Positions 1 through 6,607 of a stretch of 10,389 nucleotides of DNA are shown one piece after another. Position 1 is the first letter of the stretch, and each line of letters opens with the position of its first letter. The stretch covers positions 1 through 10,389 of the forward strand of contig NZ_JAYKGW010000251.1 of assembly GCF_035285525.1 (NCBI RefSeq), given 5' to 3'. Under the pieces are notes generated by a model. It did not search any database and was not told where the DNA came from. It worked only from the letters and a program-made list of their open reading frames with translations. A program made the position numbers and the translations under genes. The stretch is from Okeania sp. (GTDB taxonomy: Bacteria; Cyanobacteriota; Cyanobacteriia; Cyanobacteriales; Microcoleaceae).

Positions 1-243
1 TATAGAGAAATAGTCGCAAAATTTCACGATTCATCTCCTCTGGTGGTGTGCTTCAGAAAATGTATTAACTCTTGCCTATAAAGAAATAGTCAGAAAATTT
101 CACCATTCATCTCCTCTGGTGGAGTGCTTCAGAAAATGTATTTACTCTTGCCTATAGAGAAATAGTCAGAAAATTTCACTATTCATCTCCTCTGGTGGGG
201 TGCTTCAGAAAATGTATTTACTCTTGCCTATAGAGAAATAGTA
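1..243. repeat. 76-bp direct tandem repeat with 3 full units (1-76, 77-152, 153-228) plus a 15-bp partial fourth unit. The array is cut by the window edge.
   Basis: The units align without gaps and differ only at unit positions 5, 16, 17, 28, 47 and 67. The period is not a multiple of 3 and every frame has stops, so it is non-coding. An internal direct sub-repeat TCAGAAAAT sits at unit positions 14-22 and 53-61 (offset 39). Confidence 0.95.
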
Positions 244-352
244 TTGGATTGACACAACTAAAACTATGCAGAGCAATTTTTTCTAACAGATCATTTTAGC
301 TGTGTCATTCCAGTAAAGTATTAATACCTCACTAAACTAGCCAAGATACCAA

Positions 353-1648
353 CTAAACAACTTTTCCAGAACTAACTTCCGACTCCAAATTAAACAAAAG
401 CTGTAAAGTTTCCATCGCATGACGCCTCGCCTCAATATCCTGTTGCGCCCTTAACTGAACCATTGGATCGTGCAAAATCTTATTCACAATACCCCTAGTC
501 AAAGCCTCAATAACCTCTTGATTTTTTCCCGCAAATTCTGAACCCAACCGAGACAAAGCTTTCTCTAATTCCTGCTCCCTAATAGTCTCTATTTTTTCTC
601 GTAAAGAATTAATAATCGGAACCGTTTCTAAACTCTTCCACCACACATCAAAAGCCTCTACTTCCTCCTCCAATAAAACCTCAGCCTCCATAGCCATTTG
701 CCGACGACTTTCTTGATTTTGAGCTACAACTTCCTTTAAATCATCAACATTAAAACAACTAACATTTGATAACTCATTCACATCAGTAGCAATATTACGA
801 GGAACAGAAATATCCACCAACATTATAGACTTTGAAGAATCTAAAATCACCTCTAACTTAGCCTTATCCAAAATCGGTTCAGTTGCACCAGTGCTAGTAA
901 AAACTAAATCAGAATCAGCAATAATTCTATCCATTTCTGACAGAGAATAAACACTAATATCAGCACCCTTAAAACCATTAGCTAAATCCTGAGCGCGTCC
1001 GACAGAACGATTAATAATAGATATCTTACTTGCACCTTTAGCCAATAAATGTTGCACCAATAACTTTGACATTTTACCAGCACCAACAATAGCAACTTGA
1101 TAATTAGATAAATCCTCCAACTTCATCTGAGCTAACTCCACCGCAGCCGAACTAATAGAAACAGCACCAGTACCAATACTCGTTTCCGTCCTTACCCTTT
1201 TTCCAGCAGTTACAGCTTGCTTAAATAAACGATTAAGAATCCGTCCAATACCCTTATATTGTTGTCCTAGTTTATGAGTTTGTTTAACCTGAGATAAAAT
1301 TTGTCCTTCACCCAAAACTAAACTATCCAATCCAGCAGCAACCCGCATTAAGTGCATAATAGAATCTTCATGGAGAAGCATAAATAAATGAGGGCGAAGC
1401 TGATTTAAAGGTATTTTACTAGAATCAGAAAGAAACTGAGTTACTTCCCGAATACCAGGCTGCATTTCATTAGTAACTACATAAATTTCTAAACGATTAC
1501 AGGTACTTAAAATACCTACTTCTTGAGTATAAGTTCCACTGCACAATTGAGTAATTGCATTTTGTATTTCTGTTTCTGGAATACTTAATTTTTCTCGAAC
1601 TTCAACCGGAGCTGTTTTATGACTAAGTCCTATTACTGCGATATTCAT
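353..1648 (-). CDS. hemA: Glutamyl-tRNA reductase (tetrapyrrole biosynthesis)
   Basis: 431-aa ORF. The N-terminus [22 protein letters not shown], the active-site region [10 protein letters not shown] and the NADPH Rossmann motif [10 protein letters not shown] are characteristic of HemA. ATG start. Confidence 0.97.
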   Translation of the reverse strand: MNIAVIGLSHKTAPVEVREKLSIPETEIQNAITQLCSGTYTQEVGILSTCNRLEIYVVTNEMQPGIREVTQFLSDSSKIPLNQLRPHLFMLLHEDSIMHLMRVAAGLDSLVLGEGQILSQVKQTHKLGQQYKGIGRILNRLFKQAVTAGKRVRTETSIGTGAVSISSAAVELAQMKLEDLSNYQVAIVGAGKMSKLLVQHLLAKGASKISIINRSVGRAQDLANGFKGADISVYSLSEMDRIIADSDLVFTSTGATEPILDKAKLEVILDSSKSIMLVDISVPRNIATDVNELSNVSCFNVDDLKEVVAQNQESRRQMAMEAEVLLEEEVEAFDVWWKSLETVPIINSLREKIETIREQELEKALSRLGSEFAGKNQEVIEALTRGIVNKILHDPMVQLRAQQDIEARRHAMETLQLLFNLESEVSSGKVV

Positions 1649-1699
1649 ATTAATTTTTAAAAGTGTTAAATTTTTGTTATTTGAAGAAAGAAGTTTATC

Positions 1700-1742
1700 A
1701 GCATTCAGTTATCAGCTATCAGCTAGCTTTCTGCGGAATGCT
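1700..1742. repeat. Inverted repeat AGCATTC (1700-1706) / GAATGCT (1736-1742) enclosing heptamers TTATCAG CTATCAG
   Basis: Read directly. The same CTGCGGAATGCT / AGCATTCAGC motif recurs at 1889-1909, 2461-2491 and 2592-2618. Confidence 0.8.
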
Positions 1743-1888
1743 GTGCAAACCGAATGGGGTTGCATTCAGAAAATCTTATCTAAAACTTGAAAATTGTTTT
1801 CAATAAATATAAGTTTTAAAGTTGGCTTTGATAGTAAGATTCAATTTACCTCAATAAAGCCAAGCTTTTATCTCAAACAAAAATAAAT

Positions 1889-1909
1889 AGCTGACTGCGG
1901 AATGCTTAC
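1889..1909. repeat. Solo copy of the AGCTGACTGCGGAATGCTTAC motif
   Basis: Shares CTGCGGAATGCT with 1731-1742 and GCTGACTGC...GAATGCTTAC with 2592-2618. Confidence 0.7.
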
Positions 1910-2257
1910 ATTACGATAAATTACTCAAAAAAAATTAGGCAGGCTTTATTAAATATTAGGCATCTAGTACAGGAATCAGTCAACAGTTAATATCTGTAAT
2001 CTGTTTCTTAAAAAACCTCCACTATATTTTATTTTGTCAATTTATAGATGAATTCTAAAAGCTTATAGCTAGCTAAAGTTTTTGTACCTAAATATTAAAC
2101 TTAAAACCCAACCCCAAACATTAACAATTCTTCAACCATCTGTATTGATTTTAGGAATTAATTATGACCAAACAATAATGTTTCAAGTCTTTATATTTCG
2201 AGGGGTGAAAACAAATCAAATTCAGTTTCTTTTAGAACTTACTGAATAATTAATAAT

Positions 2258-2289
2258 TAGATAACTAGATAACTAGATAATTAGATAAT
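2258..2289 (+). repeat. Octamer micro-array TAGATAAC x2 followed by TAGATAAT x2
   Basis: Four contiguous 8-bp units, read directly. Confidence 0.9.
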
Positions 2290-2322
2290 TTAGGTTAAAA
2301 GTATAGCCTTTTAAGGAGAGGT

Positions 2323-2350
2323 AATTATCAATTATCCATTATCCATTAAC
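2323..2350 (+). repeat. Heptamer STRR-like array AATTATC AATTATC CATTATC CATTAAC
   Basis: Four contiguous 7-bp units. It is the reverse complement of the GATAATT/GATAATG array at 3817-3855. Confidence 0.9.
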
Positions 2351-2434
2351 GAAACAGAAACCAAGTTTATCCACGAAATTTCTTTATTTGAAAGAGAATA
2401 ATTCAGGGAAATCAACCTGGTTTCTTGCTTAGTC
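2351..2434 (+). repeat. Hairpin element, family C, copy 1
   Basis: Arms AGAAACCAAGTT (2356-2367) and AACCTGGTTTCT (2414-2425) match 11 of 12. The arms and the loop core TTTATTTGAAAGAGAATAATT are homologous to the element at 4081-4192. Confidence 0.75.
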
Positions 2435-2460
2435 AGCCTAAGTTTTGTCTATTTTAGTTG

Positions 2461-2618
2461 GTAAGCATTCAGCAGTCAGTTATCAGCTAGCCTCCTTTGG
2501 AGGAACTGCGTTAACAGCTTTTGAAGCAAATCTATAATTTCCAGCCATAAACATACATATGTTTGATAACTTTATTGCGCTTGAGCTGATTGCTGACTGC
2601 CAATAGCTGAATGCTTAC
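2461..2618. repeat. Perfect 13-bp inverted repeat GTAAGCATTCAGC (2461-2473) / GCTGAATGCTTAC (2606-2618), 132 bp apart
   Basis: Read directly. It extends to CAGTCAG / CTGACTG with a 6-nt bulge. The right arm contains the glpX stop codon (TAA, complement of 2615-2617). A small internal palindrome CCTCCtttGGAGG lies at 2491-2503. Confidence 0.85.
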
Positions 2619-3652
2619 TTTAGTTGTAATGTTTTGGATTGTCCAAACATATGTATAGTATCTACAAATCGAACAGTTTTTGACTGAGAAGAAATAATCA
2701 AACTTTGGGTGCGAGCGCCACCAGGGAAGAAACGTACACCTTCCATTAGAGTACCAGGAGTAATACCACAAGCTGCAAATAGAACAGTTTCTCCAGAAGC
2801 TAACTCCTCAGCATTGTAAACCTTGTCTGGTTCTTCAATACCCATCTCTTTGAGTCGCTTCATGTTATCTTCCTTGCTTTCTCCAATTAAACCAGTTTTA
2901 ACAATAGCTGGATCATAAATCAGTTGTCCTTGGAAATGGCCTCCTAAAGCACGCATCGCTGCTGCCGAAATTACTCCTTCTGGAGCAGCACCAATACCCA
3001 TCAGAGCATGAATGTTTGAACCTTCAAATGCACAGGAAACTGCTGCAGAAACGTCACCATCAGCAATTAGACGAACTCTAGCACCAGCTTGACGAATTTC
3101 ATTAATTAAGTCTTTATGACGAGGACGATCCATTACTACAACCACTAATTCCTCAACAGCACGTTCCATGCAATCTGAAATAATTTTCAGGTTTTCAGTA
3201 GCAGATTTGTTTAAATCTACATGATTTTTAGCTACTGCTGGTGCAGCTAATTTTTTCATATAGACATCTGGGGCTGCCAATAAACCACCTTTCTCAGAAA
3301 TAGCTAATACTGCCATAGAACCATTTTGACCATAAGCTACTAGGTTTGTACCTTCGCAAGGGTCAACTGCTATATCAATTTCGACTAGCTGTTCTATATC
3401 ACAGACTTCTTTCGCATTAGGCTGAGTACAAATTCCTACTTGTTCTCCAATATAGAGCATAGGTGCTTCATCTCGCTCCCCTTCTCCAATCACGATGCGG
3501 CCTCTCATGTGAATTTTGTTCATCCGTTCCCGCATTGCTTCTACAGCTACTTCGTCTGCTGTATTTTTCTCACCTTTTCCCATCCAACGAGCAGAGGCGA
3601 TCGCTGCTTGTTCTACTACTTCGATAATCTCTAAACCAATTACGTTATCCAT
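2615..3652 (-). CDS. glpX: Class II fructose-1,6-bisphosphatase / sedoheptulose-1,7-bisphosphatase (cyanobacterial dual-function F-I type)
   Basis: 345-aa ORF. The N-terminus [27 protein letters not shown] and the [18 protein letters not shown] and DPCEGTN motifs are typical of the GlpX family. ATG start. Confidence 0.97.
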   Translation of the reverse strand: MDNVIGLEIIEVVEQAAIASARWMGKGEKNTADEVAVEAMRERMNKIHMRGRIVIGEGERDEAPMLYIGEQVGICTQPNAKEVCDIEQLVEIDIAVDPCEGTNLVAYGQNGSMAVLAISEKGGLLAAPDVYMKKLAAPAVAKNHVDLNKSATENLKIISDCMERAVEELVVVVMDRPRHKDLINEIRQAGARVRLIADGDVSAAVSCAFEGSNIHALMGIGAAPEGVISAAAMRALGGHFQGQLIYDPAIVKTGLIGESKEDNMKRLKEMGIEEPDKVYNAEELASGETVLFAACGITPGTLMEGVRFFPGGARTQSLIISSQSKTVRFVDTIHMFGQSKTLQLK

Positions 3653-3780
3653 GAATTTTTATTGTCCTGATTGTTAAGGAAAGCTTTTTTGTTTTACTTT
3701 CTCAGTGTTAAAGTCTATCAGAGGCGGGGATCAAGTTAGGAGTTTGTAGGGGGTTAGTTGATGTAAAGTTTTATTGAGAT

Positions 3781-3855
3781 AGTCACAAGTCAGTATTCAG
3801 AAGTCAGGAGTCAAATAATTGATAATGGATAATTGATAATGGATAATTGATAATT
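3781..3855 (+). repeat. Two adjacent heptamer arrays: (AGTCANN)x5 at 3781-3815 and (AATTGAT/AATGGAT)x5.6 at 3817-3855
   Basis: Contiguous 7-bp periodicity read directly. The second array has a 14-bp super-period. Confidence 0.9.
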
Positions 3856-4056
3856 AGGGTCTGCTCAAAAGTCTTGATAAGGATATGGGGTGATGGGGAG
3901 GTAGAGAGTAATTTTTTTGCCCAACCAACTATGTATGTGCCCAAAATACGCTCCTTTTTAAACCTTTTTGACCTAAAAGCTGACACTTTTTTCAGAATTA
4001 AATTTTCTAAAAGCTTTGTCTGTAAATGCTTTCAGGTTTCCATACCCAAGCCCTAA
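3854..4056 (+). mobile_element. MITE-like non-autonomous element of about 203 bp, copy 1 (degenerate right end)
   Basis: The left end TTAGGGTCTGCTCAAAAGTCTT and right end AATGCTTTC...CAAGCCCTAA are homologous to copy 2 at 4845-5045. It shares the internal block GAGTAATTTTTTTGCCCAAC. It holds only spurious ORFs and no transposase. Confidence 0.7.
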
Positions 4057-4080
4057 TATAGGCATCCTCAAAGATAAAAC

Positions 4081-4192
4081 AGGACTTACTCAGGCAAACT
4101 TAGAAACAAACCCAGAAACCCGGTTTTTGCTAGATGTTTATTGTGAAAAACAATAATTTACTGTAGAAACCGGGTTTCTTTGTGTAAGTCCT
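4081..4192 (+). repeat. Hairpin element, family C, copy 2. It ends 44 bp upstream of the thioredoxin start.
   Basis: Inner arms AGAAACCCGGTTT (4114-4126) / AAACCGGGTTTCT (4167-4179) and outer arms AGGACTTAC (4081-4089) / GTAAGTCCT (4184-4192). The loop core TTTATTGTGAAAAACAATAATT matches copy 1. Confidence 0.8.
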
Positions 4193-4235
4193 AATCAAAA
4201 TTAAGCTCAAATTAGTAAATCTGGAAAGAAAAAAC

Positions 4236-4577
4236 GTGAGTAGTAAAGTTATTGTGATTACTGATTCTCAGTTTCAAGCTGAAGTCCTTAAGTCAGAAAA
4301 ACCTGTATTGGCTTATTTTTGGGCTAGTTGGTGTGGTCCATGTAAATTGGTGGCTCCTTCTATAGAAAAGGTGGCCAGTGAATATAGCGATCGCCTAAAA
4401 GTAGTCAAGATGGAGGTCGATCCTAATCCTGAAACTGTGAAGCAGTATCAGGTAGAAGGACTTCCTGCACTTAGACTGTTTAGGAATCAGGAATTATTGC
4501 TTTCCTATGAAGGAGGGATTACACAGAAAAAGTTAGTTGAGATGTTAGAACCTCATTTAATAATTAATAATGGATAA
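4236..4577 (+). CDS. Thioredoxin with WCGPC active site, possibly x-type
   Basis: 113-aa ORF with a GTG start. It has the FWASWCGPCKLVAP active site and a thioredoxin fold-length body. CKL after the active site and EGGITQKKL near the C-terminus resemble plastid and cyanobacterial x-type Trx as I recall them. Confidence 0.93.
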   Translation: MSSKVIVITDSQFQAEVLKSEKPVLAYFWASWCGPCKLVAPSIEKVASEYSDRLKVVKMEVDPNPETVKQYQVEGLPALRLFRNQELLLSYEGGITQKKLVEMLEPHLIINNG

Positions 4578-4591
4578 TTAATAATTGATAC
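4557..4591 (+). repeat. Heptamer array TTAATAA TTAATAA TGGATAA TTAATAA TTGATAC overlapping the thioredoxin 3' end
   Basis: Five contiguous 7-bp units. The last six sense codons (L I I N N G) and the TAA stop (4575-4577) lie inside the array. Confidence 0.9.
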
Positions 4592-4708
4592 TCCCTTCCT
4601 GTTAGAAGATTACCTAGCTAAATTTGACTATAAAATATATGCTTCAATAATCTAAATGATTATAATCTTGTGTCGGGAAGGGAGTAATTTCAGTTATCAG
4701 TTATCAGC

Positions 4709-4810
4709 CAATACGGTTCAGTTAAGGATTTTTTTGGCAGTTTTGTAGTCTGAAAAGCTTATAGAATAGTTCCATATCATAAAAGTTTTCGTTTTAACTG
4801 AACCGTATTG
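4709..4810. mobile_element. 102-bp element with perfect 17-bp terminal inverted repeats (MITE-like or large hairpin)
   Basis: CAATACGGTTCAGTTAA (4709-4725) and TTAACTGAACCGTATTG (4794-4810). It is flanked by AGTTATC heptamers on both sides (4692-4707 and 4811-4820). Confidence 0.75.
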
Positions 4811-4844
4811 AGTTATTAGCAAAGCTTAAGCATAACCATCATAT

Positions 4845-5045
4845 TTAGGGTTTGCTGAAAAAGTCTTTTGGCTAGGAGTAGGGCAGCAGGAAAGTAGGGG
4901 AGTAATTTTTTTTGCCCAACTTTTGCCCAAACAAAATAGTGACATACATGAGCATTAAGACCAGAAAACCAGGTACTTTTTCCAGACATAAAAAGGCTAA
5001 AAGATTTATATCTCAATGCTTTGATATTTGATCGGCAAACCCTAA
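4845..5045 (+). mobile_element. MITE-like non-autonomous element of about 201 bp, copy 2 (intact ends)
   Basis: Perfect 11-bp terminal inverted repeats TTAGGGTTTGC (4845-4855) / GCAAACCCTAA (5035-5045). It has the same orientation and internal blocks as copy 1. Confidence 0.8.
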
Positions 5046-5066
5046 TTGGAGATAGTTTATAGTTTT

Positions 5067-5087
5067 CATTATTAATTATTAATTACT
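5067..5087 (+). repeat. Heptamer array CATTATT AATTATT AATTACT ending 3 bp before the aminotransferase ATG
   Basis: Three contiguous 7-bp units, read directly. Confidence 0.8.
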
Positions 5088-5090
5088 TAG

Positions 5091-6284
5091 ATGCAATTAT
5101 CAAAACGTTTAGAACCCCTCAGTTCTAATGTCTTTGCTGATATGGATATGGCTAAGGCGAGGGCAAAGGCAGCAGGACAAGATTTAATAGATTTGTCTTT
5201 GGGGTCTTCTGATTTACCAGCGCCTCCCCATGCTTTAGCAGCGATCGCTCAATCTCTACAAGATTCTGCTACTCATGGTTATTGTTTATTTTCTGGCACT
5301 CAAGCTTTTCGGCAAGCAGCAGCTCAGTGGTATAATAATAAATTTGGCATTTCTGTAGACTCGGAAACTGAGGTTTTAGCTTTAATTGGCTCCCAGGAAG
5401 GTACGGCTCATTTACCTTTAGCTGTTATGAATCCTGGGGATTTTGCTTTGTTACAAGATCCTGGTTATCCTTCTCATAGTGGTGGGGTGCATTTGGCAGG
5501 AGGTCAGATTTACCCAATGCCTTTATTAGCAGAAAATAACTTTTTACCCGTTTTGGCAGATATTCCTCAGTCTGTCTTAGCTCAAGCAAAAATGATGGTC
5601 TTGAGTTATCCTCATAATCCCACCACGGCGATCGCTCCTTTATCCTTTCTCCAAGAAACTGTCGCTTTTTGCCAAAAACATAATTTGGTCTTAGTTCACG
5701 ATGCTCCTTATATAGATTTTATTTTCGATACATTTTCTGAAGCTCCCGGTAAACAGACTCTTGCCCCCTCGATTTTTCAAGCTGACCCAGAAAAAACTGT
5801 TTCTATAGAATTTTTTACTATGTCTAAATCTTATAGCATGGGAGGTTTCCGTATAGGTTATGCCATTGGTAATGCTCAATTAATTCAAGGTTTGCGACAG
5901 GTTAAAGCTTGTATAGACTTTAATCAGTATCGGGGAATTTTCAATGGAGCGATCGCTGCCTTAACTGGTCCCCAAGAGGTAGTCAGAGAAACAGTGGACA
6001 TTTTTCGGCAACGGCGGGACATTTTTGTTAAAGCATTGGAAAATATTGGTTGGCCTGTACCTATGCCATCAGCCACCATGTATGTTTGGGCAAAGTTGCC
6101 AGAATTATGGGCAAATGATTCTGTGGGCTTTTGTGTGAATTTAGTGGAAAATACGGGGGTAGCAGTTGCCCCTGGAGTTGGTTTTGGTAAAGCGGGAGAA
6201 GGGTATGTGAGGTTTGCTTTAGTACATAAAGCAGAAATTTTGTCAAGAGCTGTGGAAAAAATTGCAGGATTTTTACAACTGTAG
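5091..6284 (+). CDS. Class I/II pyridoxal-phosphate-dependent aminotransferase (AspC/DapL-like; substrate not assignable)
   Basis: 397-aa ORF. The SYPHNPT motif and the PLP-lysine motif MSKSYSMGGFRIGY are typical of fold-type I aminotransferases. ATG start. Confidence 0.9.
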   Translation: MQLSKRLEPLSSNVFADMDMAKARAKAAGQDLIDLSLGSSDLPAPPHALAAIAQSLQDSATHGYCLFSGTQAFRQAAAQWYNNKFGISVDSETEVLALIGSQEGTAHLPLAVMNPGDFALLQDPGYPSHSGGVHLAGGQIYPMPLLAENNFLPVLADIPQSVLAQAKMMVLSYPHNPTTAIAPLSFLQETVAFCQKHNLVLVHDAPYIDFIFDTFSEAPGKQTLAPSIFQADPEKTVSIEFFTMSKSYSMGGFRIGYAIGNAQLIQGLRQVKACIDFNQYRGIFNGAIAALTGPQEVVRETVDIFRQRRDIFVKALENIGWPVPMPSATMYVWAKLPELWANDSVGFCVNLVENTGVAVAPGVGFGKAGEGYVRFALVHKAEILSRAVEKIAGFLQL

Positions 6285-6316
6285 GGGCAGGTTTGACCTT
6301 AGTTATCAGTTATCAG
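6281..6316 (+). repeat. Solo left arm of hairpin family B (GTAGGGGCAGGTTT) followed by AGTTATC heptamers (6301-6316)
   Basis: The arm overlaps the aminotransferase TAG stop (6282-6284). No matching right arm lies nearby. Confidence 0.75.
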
Positions 6317-6340
6317 TTTGGGGATAAATAATTGTGGTTT

Positions 6341-6370
6341 ATAGAGGCAGGTTTCATCATTGACTTTGAT
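6341..6370 (+). repeat. Hairpin family B, left half only (ATAGAGGCAGGTTTCATCATTGACTTTGAT), fused to family A copy 1
   Basis: Matches the left halves of the complete copies at 6455 and 6536. Confidence 0.8.
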
Positions 6371-6440
6371 GGTAATGGGGGGGGTGGGTTTATGAAATTT
6401 ATGGTTGAGTATTTTATTTTCTAGATTAACCCACCCCTAC
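6371..6440 (+). repeat. Hairpin family A, copy 1: GGTAAT-G8-TGGGTT, 37-nt loop, AACCCACCCCTAC
   Basis: The GC-rich arms GGGGTGGGTT / AACCCACCCC are perfect complements. It is near-identical to copy 2 at 6608-6676. Confidence 0.9.
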
Positions 6441-6454
6441 AGGTGAATTATATT

Positions 6455-6514
6455 GTAGAGGCAGGTTTGCTCATTGACTTTAATAGTAATAATTGAGTGA
6501 AATAAACCTGCCCC
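6455..6514 (+). repeat. Hairpin family B, complete copy (60 bp)
   Basis: GTAGAGGCAGGTTT ... AAACCTGCCCC. The arms are complementary at 10 of 11 positions and the loop is 35 nt. Confidence 0.9.
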
Positions 6515-6535
6515 AAATAAATCCATTGAAAAATT

Positions 6536-6595
6536 GTAGAGGCAGGTTTCATCATTAATTTGAATAGTAATAATTGAGTGAAATAAACCTGCCCC
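6536..6595 (+). repeat. Hairpin family B, complete copy (60 bp)
   Basis: The arms are the same as in 6455-6514 and the loop differs at a few positions. Confidence 0.9.
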
Positions 6596-6607
6596 ATTAA
6601 TTTTGAT

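Noticed and set aside
25-50. Compensatory covariation between hypervariable unit positions 28 and 47, which are flanked by CAC and GTG
   Set aside because: The pairs are G/T, C/A and T/G on the plus strand. On either strand at least one unit gives a mismatch, the alternative register is no better, and the stem would be only 3-5 bp.
1-243. CRISPR array interpretation of the 76-bp periodic repeat
   Set aside because: The whole 76-bp unit is repeated at about 95% identity, so there are no unique spacers between conserved repeats. No cas genes or leader are visible in the window.
1-243. Tandem tRNA-like genes, considered because the unit length equals 76 nt
   Set aside because: Neither strand has a T-loop GTTCRA motif, complementary acceptor ends or a cloverleaf-compatible pairing.
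249-306. A perfect -35 hexamer TTGACA (249-254) and a 13-bp stem GACACAACTAAAA / TTTTAGCTGTGTC (251-263 / 294-306), considered as a promoter or as the hemA terminator
   Set aside because: No acceptable -10 lies 16-18 bp downstream of TTGACA. The hairpin has a loop of about 30 nt, one mismatch and no U-tract on either strand, so I cannot support either call.
2532-2771. 79-aa ORF on the minus strand overlapping the glpX 3' end in another frame
   Set aside because: It largely overlaps the strongly supported glpX CDS, has low-complexity W/Y/S-rich content and has no recognisable features.
3440-3634. 64-aa plus-strand ORF antisense to glpX
   Set aside because: It lies entirely inside glpX on the opposite strand and is a typical shadow ORF.
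3804-4056. ORFs 3804-3986 (-) and 3847-4056 (+)
   Set aside because: Both lie within heptamer arrays and MITE-like copy 1. The homologous copy 2 does not keep these reading frames.
4816-5016. 66-aa minus-strand ORF
   Set aside because: It lies inside MITE-like copy 2, and the frame is not conserved in copy 1.
5691-6246. ORFs 5691-5879 (-) and 6061-6246 (-) antisense to the aminotransferase
   Set aside because: These are shadow ORFs inside a well-supported CDS.
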